Below, piece after piece: positions 42,901 to 51,648 of a stretch of 64,000 nucleotides of DNA. Source of the DNA: a virus; the IMG/VR virus record IMGVR_UViG_3300009502_001749, positions 23,837 to 87,836 of that record. One strand, 5' to 3'. How positions within the stretch are numbered: the first letter of the stretch is position 1; every line of letters begins with the position of its first letter. The notes under the pieces are model-generated. The model had not been told where the DNA came from and did no database searches. It saw only the letters and a list, made by a program, of their open reading frames with translations. The translations under genes and the position numbers were made by a program.

Positions 42901-43448
42901 AACCTATAGATGTTGAAGTGACTTCACATGGCGACCCCACAATCAGAGTCGCAGATCTTGAAGATTCAAGAAGGGAAATAATGAGCTTGTCCGGCATACC
43001 CCCAGCATATTTGGGCTACGCGGACGTGATCGAATTGCGCGAGCAACTAGTTCACACAAACATCTCTTTCGCTACAGAAATAATTGATATGCAAGAGATA
43101 ATTACAGCTGGTCTTACAAAATTTGTAGATATTGTAGCAGAAATTTTAAATGTTAAATATAAACCATCGGAATACGTACAGATTAAATTAATTCCACCGA
43201 TAGTTTTAATTCTTCAGTTGATTGAGATGACTCTGTCATCAATTGGTAATATTAATGGAATATTTCAAACGTTACAAACTCCAGTTGATCCTTATTTCTT
43301 CTTAAAACAATATGTACCATATATTGATTGGGATGCGTTTAGAACAGCAGCAGATCAATATGTTACTGATCAAAAAACAAAAGCTGAAATAGATGCTAAT
43401 AAGAATCCTGGAAATTCGAATCCTGAACCTGGAGCTGAAGGAGGGTAG
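39918..43448 (+). CDS. Portal protein (gp20-like), spliced join(39918..41462,42873..43448), 706 aa
   Basis: LSRAAPVRKWTIDTG; splice gives LSDFKD-MFVLAKGGNKPIDVEVT; LSGIPPAYL; position upstream of protease and capsid genes. Confidence 0.85.
41463..42872 (+). mobile_element. Group I intron with a frameshifted HNH gene, in portal
   Basis: P AATTCGGTGGA, Q AATACCGAGCC, R GTGTAACGACTA, S GATATAGTCT; P1 GGAT/GTCC; terminal G 42872; in-frame splice. Confidence 0.92.
41750..42771 (+). pseudogene. Intron-encoded Zn-finger/HNH endonuclease split by a -1 frameshift at the A6 run 42084-42089
   Basis: Frame 1 has CKKC and CKVC. Frame 2 continues NIEYAKEYNQ... to WHVDHI...NLQPL...DNLKK. Confidence 0.75.
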
Positions 43449-43450
43449 TA

Positions 43451-43879
43451 ATGTTTTTAGTTGAAGTTTTATTTGAACAACAAACTCAAACACCATCCCA
43501 AGTTCCTCCAGTGCAAATTGTACAACATGTTAATCAGCCTGAAACTAAACAACCTGAACCTACTTCACAACAGGATCAAGATGTTCCTCAGGAACAACCT
43601 GAACAACAACTTTCAGGAGATGAACTGGATGCTGTTCAGGCACAAGAAATGGGAATTGCTCCAGATCTTATGCCGATAAAAAAATATTATTTAATCAACA
43701 GATTAAAAGAGTTAAAAACCCAATTGGGTGAGTACAGTATACAAAATGATGAACTTAATATTGTACTAAAATTTGCCGATAATTTATCTTATAGTTCATT
43801 ATTAAGTATTGGAATGATACTTATTGATTTTATTGAACAACAATTAGCGAGGTTAACAGATGGCAAAAATAAAAGCTAA
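43451..43879 (+). CDS. Prohead core/scaffold-like protein
   Basis: Between portal and protease; MFLVEVLFE N-terminus; Q/P/E-rich linker. Confidence 0.55.
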   Translation: MFLVEVLFEQQTQTPSQVPPVQIVQHVNQPETKQPEPTSQQDQDVPQEQPEQQLSGDELDAVQAQEMGIAPDLMPIKKYYLINRLKELKTQLGEYSIQNDELNIVLKFADNLSYSSLLSIGMILIDFIEQQLARLTDGKNKS

Positions 43880-44621
43880 GAAATATAATTTTATATTTGA
43901 AACCACCTCGATTAATTCACGTGATGATATTAAAGTTTTAGAAGAAACAAAATTGCCTAATGGTAATGGAAAAATTGCAGCCTCAGTTAGACTTCAGGAA
44001 GCAGAAATGAAGAATAGTAATAGTCGATATTACTCAACTGCGATTTGTGAATCCATAGTGAGTCAGTTATCTCCGAAAGCAACGAGTCGATCATTATTAA
44101 TGGAGATTGATCACCCACTTTTTGTAACTTCAGCTGACGATGTTAAAAGACGTGCGTCAATCGTAGAAATTAATAATTGTGGTGGTTTGTTAAGAAAGAT
44201 AGATTTTGCCAATAATAAAGTAGGTGGAATCTTTGAAACCCTTAGTGGATTTAAAGGTCCGGATTTGTACAACATAATAATGAAAGATCAGGTAGACATA
44301 GGATTTTCATTGAGAGCTCTTGGTGCAGTCGAACAGCTTCAGGATGGAACAATATTAGTCAAAGATCCTATAAAACCAATCACGTATGATGTAGTTTCGA
44401 ATCCAAGTCATGCAACGGCAAAAGTTCTTGAATTCTTACCAGAAAACGTTACAGAGTATATGTCTGAACACAGTGTGATTTATGAAGCTGCTGATATAGA
44501 AATGTTAGATTTAGATCATATAACAATTTCTGACAGTACAATTTCACTAACTGAATTTTTTGATGATATTTATAGACAGAAATTTTCAGATGTTATTAGT
44601 AGAATAACTTTTAGAGTTTAA
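43860..44621 (+). CDS. Prohead protease (T4 gp21-like)
   Basis: NSNSRYY; MEIDHP; GFSLRALG; ITYDVVSNPS (catalytic H/S/D). Confidence 0.9.
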   Translation: MAKIKAKKYNFIFETTSINSRDDIKVLEETKLPNGNGKIAASVRLQEAEMKNSNSRYYSTAICESIVSQLSPKATSRSLLMEIDHPLFVTSADDVKRRASIVEINNCGGLLRKIDFANNKVGGIFETLSGFKGPDLYNIIMKDQVDIGFSLRALGAVEQLQDGTILVKDPIKPITYDVVSNPSHATAKVLEFLPENVTEYMSEHSVIYEAADIEMLDLDHITISDSTISLTEFFDDIYRQKFSDVISRITFRV

Positions 44622-44655
44622 TTACTCAATATTATATTTAAAAGGAGATTTAATT

Positions 44656-47581
44656 ATGTACGATCAAGCGATATTCGAAAATTATGAAATGTTCTTAAAT
44701 GAGCATAGTGATGAATTTTCTACTCCAAGTGGAGCTTTAAAACTCATTACAGATAACGGTATGTTTAGGGGTTACATGGAAGGACTTACAAATGGTCTTG
44801 ATTCAAATCAGAGAGCAGTTGCTATGGCAGTTGCAAATCGTCAGAGAGAATATCTTTTGACAGAATCTGCAAACGTTCCTGGTAGTACACTTGCATTTGG
44901 TTGGACTGTACTTAGCTTTCCTATTCTTGTTGATATTTATGCTGAGCCAGTAATAAGTGAATTATGTAATGTTTATCCGGTTTCATCCCCAGTAGCATCT
45001 ATTCCCAGAATCAAAATCATGGCTTATATTAGAGGCTATGATGGTAACGTAACACAGGTCAGAATGCCTACGCTTAATCAGGCTGTTAGACCCGGTGCAT
45101 TGAATCTTACAGTAACACCTGCAGTAAGCAACAGCATATTTACTATAGCTTCAGCGGCAGTTGCTCCTGCAACAGTAACGTCTGATATGTACAGAATTAA
45201 TAGAAGGTATACACTTCTTACAGCAGTTCAGGTAGCAGAAACTACAGCTCTTGGTCCTGTTGTAAATCATAATGTTGTAGTAACAATAAAGCCTGATAAT
45301 AGAAATCAGTTTGTTGGTACTTTTACATTTAACGATAATACTCCTGCTCCTGTAGGTCCAGTTGCTATCGTTGGTACATTGAATGGTCATATTAATTATG
45401 ATTCTGGAATTTTTCAGTATCAGGTAATTTATGCTGTTGGCGCAACTACTTCTACATTTGCAACAACTTCAGCAACAATGACTATACGTTTTATGTCTCT
45501 GACAACTCAGAATGGTCGTATAAAGGTCAAAATTCAGACTGAAATGACTGACGTAAGTATAGATCAGAATGAAGATTTTCTCATCGAATTACCACCTGAA
45601 GATATACAAGATTTTCGCGCGATCAACAATTAAAGGTCGCTTTCACTAGTAATAGTGATCGAATAATTTTCCTAATTGCTGGAACACCCTTAGAGCTTTT
45701 CTACTACAAAGTAATCTGAAAAGATAAACTTGAATGTTTAAAAAAGAAAAGATTGGGCAATCAGCAGCCGAGCTTCTGTAAAATGAAGAAGGTTCAACGA
45801 CTAGAGCGCAAGCTCGTAGACTCAAGCGAGTCGAAATGGAAGAAATCCTTGAATATTTAACATTTTCATATAGAAATAATAAATTAAGTCTAGCCAACTT
45901 TGAACTAATTTATTATGGAGGTGAGAATGGAAAAAGAATGTTGTAAATGTCATCAAATTAAAGATGAATCAGAATTTGAAAAAAGAAATGATGTTAATTA
46001 TTGTCATAAATGTACGAGTATTAATAATAGAAGAAGAAAAATCAAGAAAAATACTCCAGAAGAAAACTTTCAATTCTTATATAAACTATATATGAGAGGT
46101 GAAACAGTAGAAGATTGTTGTTTGTACTTTGAAACATCTAATAATATTATCATTGAAGCTTTAAATCTATTTGGAATTTTTCCAGATCAAACTGATAAAT
46201 TATTTTGCTCAAAATGTAATCAAATGAAATCATTTGATGAATTTGATCAAAGTAAGAATAGAAGAGGATTTAAACCTTGGTGTAAAACATGTAATAAAGA
46301 ATATAATGATACATATTATGAAGATAATTCAGATTATATTAAACAAAAAACTCTTAATTACTATTATGAAAATTATGATATTGAAGTTGAAAGACGTATT
46401 AAATATCATTATGATCATAGAGATGAAATTCTTGAAAATAAACGTATAATGAGACAAAATGAAGAGTTTAAACAAAATAAAGCTATTTATGATGCATCAT
46501 ATTATGAAATATATAAAGAAGAAATTAAAGAAAATATTTATCAATGGAAAATAAATAATCCAGCAAAAGTAAGAGAAATACAAGAATTTTATCGTATAGC
46601 AAAATTACAAGCAACACCTAAATGGATTGATAGAGAAGAAATTTTAAAATATTATATTGAAGCTAGAAGATTAACAGAAGAAACTGGAATATTATATTCT
46701 GTTGATCATATCATTCCATTACAAGGTGAAAATGTATGTGGTTTACATGTTCCATGGAATTTACAAGTTATTACACAATCAGAAAATTGTAGAAAAAATA
46801 ATAAAGTTTTAGTAGAAATGTGATTGGCTATCACATTTCTTTTTGTTTTTCAAGGATTATGATATAGTCTAATCTCATAAGAAATTATGAGCTGTCTGAA
46901 TAAGACGAATAAAATTTAGCGAATTTTATTGAATATAAATGCTTTAAGATCGACATTTTACGTACACTTTCCGAAGCAATAAAAAGACAGATCATGTTGA
47001 ACAAAGATCAGGATCTTGCTTTCTTCTTAGCAGCTTCAGAAGGCGATATGGCATCTAACGGTGCTGCAGAAGCATTGAATCTTGATAGTTACGATGTAAC
47101 CGGCGGTCGTTTCGAACCTAACAAAGTTATCGATGTATTTAAGGCTGTAATTCCTAAGATTTCTATTCTTACTGGAATTATAAGAAAGAATTTCAACATG
47201 TATCCTTCTTATTTAGTAGCTGGTTTAAAGACTGCTGCTTTGTTAAGATCAGTTCAGACATTTGCACTCCAGATGCCGGGTATTGGAAATGGCGACGGCG
47301 CAATGGGTTGGGCAGGAGATGTTGCACAGATGTTGAAGATGAAAGTTCTTGAATCTAATGCAATCGCAGAAGGTAAGATATATCTTTCAACAAAAGCTCC
47401 GAATAATGCTCTTGAAAAATCTACTATAGTTGATTTGATTTATCAACCTCTCTACATCGTAACTGAGGTAACTGATGGTCAGACCAGAAACTATGTAAGA
47501 TCAAGAACTCTTATTGAAATTCCTAGAACAGATGGTCTTGGAGTTATCAATATAACTGGTCTTGGTACTTATTTTACGTAA
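44656..47581 (+). CDS. Major capsid protein (gp23-like), spliced join(44656..45623,46942..47581), 535 aa
   Basis: Follows the protease; propeptide ending LLTE. Splice gives DIQDFRAI-FKIDILRTLSEAIKRQIMLNKD, similar to gp23 QDLRAVHG..EIN. C-terminal YQPLY. Confidence 0.85.
45869..45880 (+). promoter_or_regulatory. Candidate phage promoter inside the capsid intron
   Basis: TATAGAAATAAT about 35-45 nt before the HNH start. Confidence 0.45.
45915..46823 (+). CDS. Intron-encoded HNH endonuclease with Zn fingers (start may be 45927)
   Basis: Four CxxC pairs; VDHIIPLQGENVCGLHVPWNLQVI...N..KNNK. Confidence 0.88.
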   Translation: MEVRMEKECCKCHQIKDESEFEKRNDVNYCHKCTSINNRRRKIKKNTPEENFQFLYKLYMRGETVEDCCLYFETSNNIIIEALNLFGIFPDQTDKLFCSKCNQMKSFDEFDQSKNRRGFKPWCKTCNKEYNDTYYEDNSDYIKQKTLNYYYENYDIEVERRIKYHYDHRDEILENKRIMRQNEEFKQNKAIYDASYYEIYKEEIKENIYQWKINNPAKVREIQEFYRIAKLQATPKWIDREEILKYYIEARRLTEETGILYSVDHIIPLQGENVCGLHVPWNLQVITQSENCRKNNKVLVEM

Positions 47582-47604
47582 GATTTAATTAATTAATATT
47601 TAAA

Positions 47605-47638
47605 TATCGGCAAGATCTGAAATATGATCTTGCCGATA
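47605..47638. repeat. Dispersed palindrome copy 5
   Basis: Identical to copy 2; directly after the capsid gene. Confidence 0.9.
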
Positions 47639-47662
47639 AATTTTATTTTTGGAGAATTAATT

Positions 47663-48043
47663 ATAATTAGTGTGAGTAGTTTATTTGAGATTGGAAAAAG
47701 TCCATTAATGCAAGATAAATTATTACAAGCTTCAAAAAATTATACACAAGATTCAATTAATCTCAAATCATCAAATTTAAAATCTGATAAACAAATGGGT
47801 CAAAAAGCATATTTAAAAAGTCAGAGAGCAGGATTTTTAGCAGATTCTATTAAAAATAGAAATTTAGATCAAACTAATCAAAATGAACCAAATATTAAAC
47901 ATCCAATTATTAATAAAATTAAACAATTTTGGAATCGTGATATAGGTTGGAAGTCTGATATGAATAATGTGAAAAAAATAAGAGAACGAGAATATCCAGA
48001 ACGAAAATTTAGTCAAATTAATAAAAAATTAATAAATAAGTAA
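47663..48043 (+). CDS. Leader-tagged basic protein with a probable ATA start
   Basis: GGAG at 47651, then ATA-ATT-AGT-GTG-AGT-AGT-TTA-TTT-GAG = (M)ISVSSLFE. Confidence 0.5.
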   Translation: MISVSSLFEIGKSPLMQDKLLQASKNYTQDSINLKSSNLKSDKQMGQKAYLKSQRAGFLADSIKNRNLDQTNQNEPNIKHPIINKIKQFWNRDIGWKSDMNNVKKIREREYPERKFSQINKKLINK

Positions 48044-48077
48044 AAACAAAACAAAGAAAATTGGAGGCGTAAACAGT

Positions 48078-48980
48078 ATGGCATTAAGTGAGTTTTTGAA
48101 AGCGATGGAAGTTATTAGTAATATTAAGAAACAAGAGGTTCCACTCCCAATAGCTCGAAAGACGGCTGTCGTAAGTCCTCTTAGGGTTGGAGATGATTTA
48201 TCATTAAGATCATCATTAACTTCACCAGTTAATTATGATAGACAAATGACAAGATTGATATTTGATTTAACAGAATTTATAGCAAGCGAAGGTCAACCAT
48301 TAGTAAAAGAAAATTTTGAATATTATTGTAAAACAACATCTAACATTGATAAAATTTGTTTGATTTGGGGTTTGTACAAAACAACATATGAAACTCTTGG
48401 AAGAAGAACATTTAAATGTGATAAAGAAAATTGTAAACATGAATTTAAACAAGATGTTATGTTAGATAGTTTAATTCAAGAAGATACATTTTATGCTTGG
48501 GATGAAGAAATACCTTTCCATGAATATATTTTTGAAATAGTAGTTCCTTATGAACAATTTGAGTTTATATTTGAAAGTAAAATACCTTCTATTAGTGATA
48601 ATAATAGAGTGTTAAGTAATTTATCTATTGATTCAGTTCAGGAAAATTTTCAAACTGGTGGTAATTTGTTTAGTAGAAGTGAACAGATGACTTTGCTTAA
48701 TAGATCTGTTGCAATTAAGAGTGTTGCTAATCCAAATAACATTCCTAAAACAGAAAATATGCAAGAGATGTTGATAGCTTTTAGAAAACATGTTCCTTTA
48801 ACAGTTTCTGAAAAATTCTTTGTTGAATACAATAAGAAATTCGATAAATATTATACAAAATTTTATACAGAGATTCTTTGTCCTCAATGTGGTAATAAGA
48901 TAAAATATACGGTAGACCTGGAATCAGAATTCTTTCGGAGAAGCATATTTAGTGGAGGGGAGGGCGTCGAAGAATTATAA
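48078..48980 (+). CDS. Baseplate hub assembly protein (gp26/gp51-like)
   Basis: SPLRVGDD; two Cys pairs (CDKENC, CPQCG); EFF near the C-terminus. Confidence 0.6.
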   Translation: MALSEFLKAMEVISNIKKQEVPLPIARKTAVVSPLRVGDDLSLRSSLTSPVNYDRQMTRLIFDLTEFIASEGQPLVKENFEYYCKTTSNIDKICLIWGLYKTTYETLGRRTFKCDKENCKHEFKQDVMLDSLIQEDTFYAWDEEIPFHEYIFEIVVPYEQFEFIFESKIPSISDNNRVLSNLSIDSVQENFQTGGNLFSRSEQMTLLNRSVAIKSVANPNNIPKTENMQEMLIAFRKHVPLTVSEKFFVEYNKKFDKYYTKFYTEILCPQCGNKIKYTVDLESEFFRRSIFSGGEGVEEL

Positions 48981-49167
48981 ATATTTTGTTGATACTTTTA
49001 TCTTATATCAAGCTATGTTTGATAATACTGGTGATCTTAATTCTATTTTGAATCTTCCATATCCTTTGTATAATGATATTATACTTAAACAGATTGAAGA
49101 GAAGAAGAAAGAGAAGAAAGTTCATGATGAAAATATGAGAAAGATGAAAAGTAATAAAAAGAAATAG
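48952..49167 (+). CDS. Small baseplate/tail assembly partner protein
   Basis: Overlaps the upstream gene; LNSILNLPY...IEEKKKE pattern. Confidence 0.45.
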   Translation: MEGRASKNYKYFVDTFILYQAMFDNTGDLNSILNLPYPLYNDIILKQIEEKKKEKKVHDENMRKMKSNKKK

Positions 49168-49168
49168 A

Positions 49169-49202
49169 TATCGGCAAGATCTGAAATAGAATCTTGCCGA
49201 TA
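49169..49202. repeat. Dispersed palindrome copy 6
   Basis: TATCGGCAAGAT...ATCTTGCCGATA. Confidence 0.9.
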
Positions 49203-49218
49203 AAACTTGAGGATAAAT

Positions 49219-49752
49219 ATGCAGATCATTAATTTAAGTACTTTACCACAAGACATATTACAACAAATTCCTCTATCTATTAGAACTTTTAAGAAACTAT
49301 ATGCTTGGTATGAACTTCCAAGTGATATTCAGGAATTAATTAAAACATATTATGATTCAACTCCATCTATTAAATATTCAAATGTTTATGATTTTATTCC
49401 AACAATATCAAGATATAGTGATTTTACAACTATTGAAAATAAAGTAGATCTTGTTGTTGAATATTTAAAAAATTATCTTTTAATTTTACCAGAATCTTAT
49501 CCATTTGATCCAAATTTTGGTTGTAGATTAAAATATCATTTACAAACAAAAGATACCAATTTAAGACAAACATTAATATCTGCAGAAATAGATAACCTTA
49601 TAAATATTCTAACAGTTCAATTTGATATTCCAATTACAATTAATAGTATTACTATGAATCCAATTAGGGGTGTTGCATTTAGTGAATATAATATAAAAAT
49701 CGATTTACAGATAAGTGATTATCATAAGAGTTTTAATTTTGAATTTAGGTAA
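49219..49752 (+). CDS. Baseplate wedge gp25/gpW-like protein
   Basis: LKNYLLILPESYPFDPNFGCRL; start placed after GAGG. Confidence 0.7.
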   Translation: MQIINLSTLPQDILQQIPLSIRTFKKLYAWYELPSDIQELIKTYYDSTPSIKYSNVYDFIPTISRYSDFTTIENKVDLVVEYLKNYLLILPESYPFDPNFGCRLKYHLQTKDTNLRQTLISAEIDNLINILTVQFDIPITINSITMNPIRGVAFSEYNIKIDLQISDYHKSFNFEFR

Positions 49753-49785
49753 AAATATCTCAACCTTTATAGTTGAGATATTTTT
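49751..49785. terminator. Bidirectional terminator candidate
   Basis: AAAAATATCTCAAC...GTTGAGATATTTTT between convergent genes. Confidence 0.65.
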
Positions 49786-49791
49786 AATCAA

Positions 49792-50595
49792 TTAATCAAT
49801 ATTTGTAAATTCAGCAATTTTACTTAGAGTTATATCATTACTTTTTTCAAGATTGTAACTAGCGCGTAATAGAATTGGCGATTTTTCATTTCTAAATATA
49901 TCTTTTATAAAAGTTTTACGAAGATATATTTTATAAGTATCTGATATTATAATATCAAATATTGACCAAAGTGGAAGAATTCGTTGAATGATATTAATAA
50001 CTTCAAATTTTGAACATTCTCCAACATATAATTCAGATGGATTCATAATTGAAAAATAGATTTGACAAACTTGTTTATCAATTGTTGTAAAAATAAAACC
50101 TTTATTTAAAATTGATGGAAAAGTTTTAAGAAAATCTGTTTTAAATCTAGTTTTTTGATCATAATTAATTTGATAAGTTTTTGGATCGATGTTTTTGAAA
50201 GTTAATTTTCCTTCTACACCAATTTCTAATTCATTTTGTTTTTTCTTTTCAACAATAGTTGTAAAATGAATTAATCCTGTTTCAGCTTGACCAAACATAT
50301 CATCTGGTAGTCTTTTAACACAATCAAAACTCACAATACTATCAGACACATTGTAAGTTGCAACTCCTGGAATAAGTTCATATAATGATTGTATTTTAGC
50401 TAATTTGCCGATAGGAACAAAAAACTTTGAATAATAATTTTTATCCATTTTAATAAAAGGACAAACAACATCTGTAACTGATTCTCTTATTTTTTTTGCT
50501 AAGATAAATTGTTGTTCAGAAGACATCATTACTTGTGTGAGATTGACATTTGGTTTCTTATATTCCGATTGTTGAAAACTATTAACTAAAGGCAT
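49792..50595 (-). CDS. Hypothetical protein (267 aa), lone antisense gene in the structural block
   Basis: RBS GGGGAGG on the - strand; own candidate promoter at 50635-50646. Confidence 0.7.
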   Translation of the reverse strand: MPLVNSFQQSEYKKPNVNLTQVMMSSEQQFILAKKIRESVTDVVCPFIKMDKNYYSKFFVPIGKLAKIQSLYELIPGVATYNVSDSIVSFDCVKRLPDDMFGQAETGLIHFTTIVEKKKQNELEIGVEGKLTFKNIDPKTYQINYDQKTRFKTDFLKTFPSILNKGFIFTTIDKQVCQIYFSIMNPSELYVGECSKFEVINIIQRILPLWSIFDIIISDTYKIYLRKTFIKDIFRNEKSPILLRASYNLEKSNDITLSKIAEFTNID

Positions 50596-50634
50596 TTTTC
50601 CTCCCCTTATTTAAATTTAATTACATTTAAATAT

Positions 50635-50646
50635 ATTATTTCTGTA
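50635..50646 (-). promoter_or_regulatory. Candidate phage promoter variant TACAGAAATAAT
   Basis: One mismatch to the consensus; correctly oriented 40 nt upstream of 50595. Confidence 0.35.
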
Positions 50647-50674
50647 CAAAACTAGAAGTTGATAAGGATGAAAT

Positions 50675-51634
50675 ATGTTAAACTCTTTATACGATCCGCA
50701 ATTAGTTCAAAATTATCATAGTGAATATCTTAAGTTAATAAAATACTACTCAAATATTAAAAGACCAAGTTCGTTTATTAGGTATTATAATATTGATATA
50801 GATAATTCTACTTATGATGAAAAGTTAGAAGCAACATATGATATGTATCATATTTCAAACATCAGATTTAATTTATATGATTTTACTCCATCTTTTTATT
50901 TAGCACCAGTTTTAAATGCAAGTGGTAATGTATCAGATCTTCGTGGACAAATGTTAGATGCGACAACTTCAATTGTTACTTATAGTATTGAAAAACCAAG
51001 AATTCATGATTTGGTTATGTTTTATTCACCAGTTAAAAGTGATGAAATTTTCAGAGTTACAAATTTTCGTACTCCAGTCAATGCTATACATTCTGATCCA
51101 AGTCTTACTTGGTTTGAAATTGATCTTGAATATGCGCCGTTAGCAGATGTTATTCAATTAAAACTTTTAAATCATTATGTTTATGATTTATCTGAAGAAG
51201 TTTATATCACTTATGCAGATTATATAAAATTTATGGAGTTGTTAAAAAATTTAGAAATATTATTAAAACAAATAACAGCATTTTATGATAATTATAATGA
51301 TTTATATCAATATGAACAATTAGTTCCGGTTGAAGTAAATGAATTATTGATATTTTTCAAAAGAACTTATGCTGTTAAATTTAAAAGAATCTTAGAACAA
51401 TTTTTATTACCTTATGGTTATCTTGATAATATGAATTTTCAAATGGTTTATTCAAATGTTAATGAATTACCTTATATTCCTGGAAATTATACATACCATG
51501 TTTATAATTTAGTAACAAAACAAGTTGAAGATTATACTTGGTCAATTTCTCATACAGAAGATCAAGTTGGACTTGATGAATTATTTTTATTATCATTTAG
51601 ACTTTTACAGTTAGCTTATGATTGGAAAATTTAG
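50675..51634 (+). CDS. Neck/head-completion-like protein (gp14-like, tentative)
   Basis: KPRIHDLVMF...EIFRVT resembles the gp14 PxxGDLIYF...LFEI motif. Confidence 0.45.
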   Translation: MLNSLYDPQLVQNYHSEYLKLIKYYSNIKRPSSFIRYYNIDIDNSTYDEKLEATYDMYHISNIRFNLYDFTPSFYLAPVLNASGNVSDLRGQMLDATTSIVTYSIEKPRIHDLVMFYSPVKSDEIFRVTNFRTPVNAIHSDPSLTWFEIDLEYAPLADVIQLKLLNHYVYDLSEEVYITYADYIKFMELLKNLEILLKQITAFYDNYNDLYQYEQLVPVEVNELLIFFKRTYAVKFKRILEQFLLPYGYLDNMNFQMVYSNVNELPYIPGNYTYHVYNLVTKQVEDYTWSISHTEDQVGLDELFLLSFRLLQLAYDWKI

Positions 51635-51648
51635 TTTGGAGAAATAGT

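Larger units (their letters stand above)
45624..46941 (+). mobile_element. Group I intron with HNH gene, in the major capsid gene
   Basis: P AATTGCTGGAA, Q AATCAGCAGCC, R GTTCAACGACTA, S GATATAGTCT; P1 GCGAT/GTCGC; P10 TTAAAG/CTTTAA; terminal G. Confidence 0.93.

Noticed and set aside
8600-47581. Split core genes as pseudogenes, inteins or group II introns
   Set aside because: The inserts contain in-frame stops and no intein or reverse transcriptase motifs. They have group I P/Q/R/S elements with exact frame restoration.
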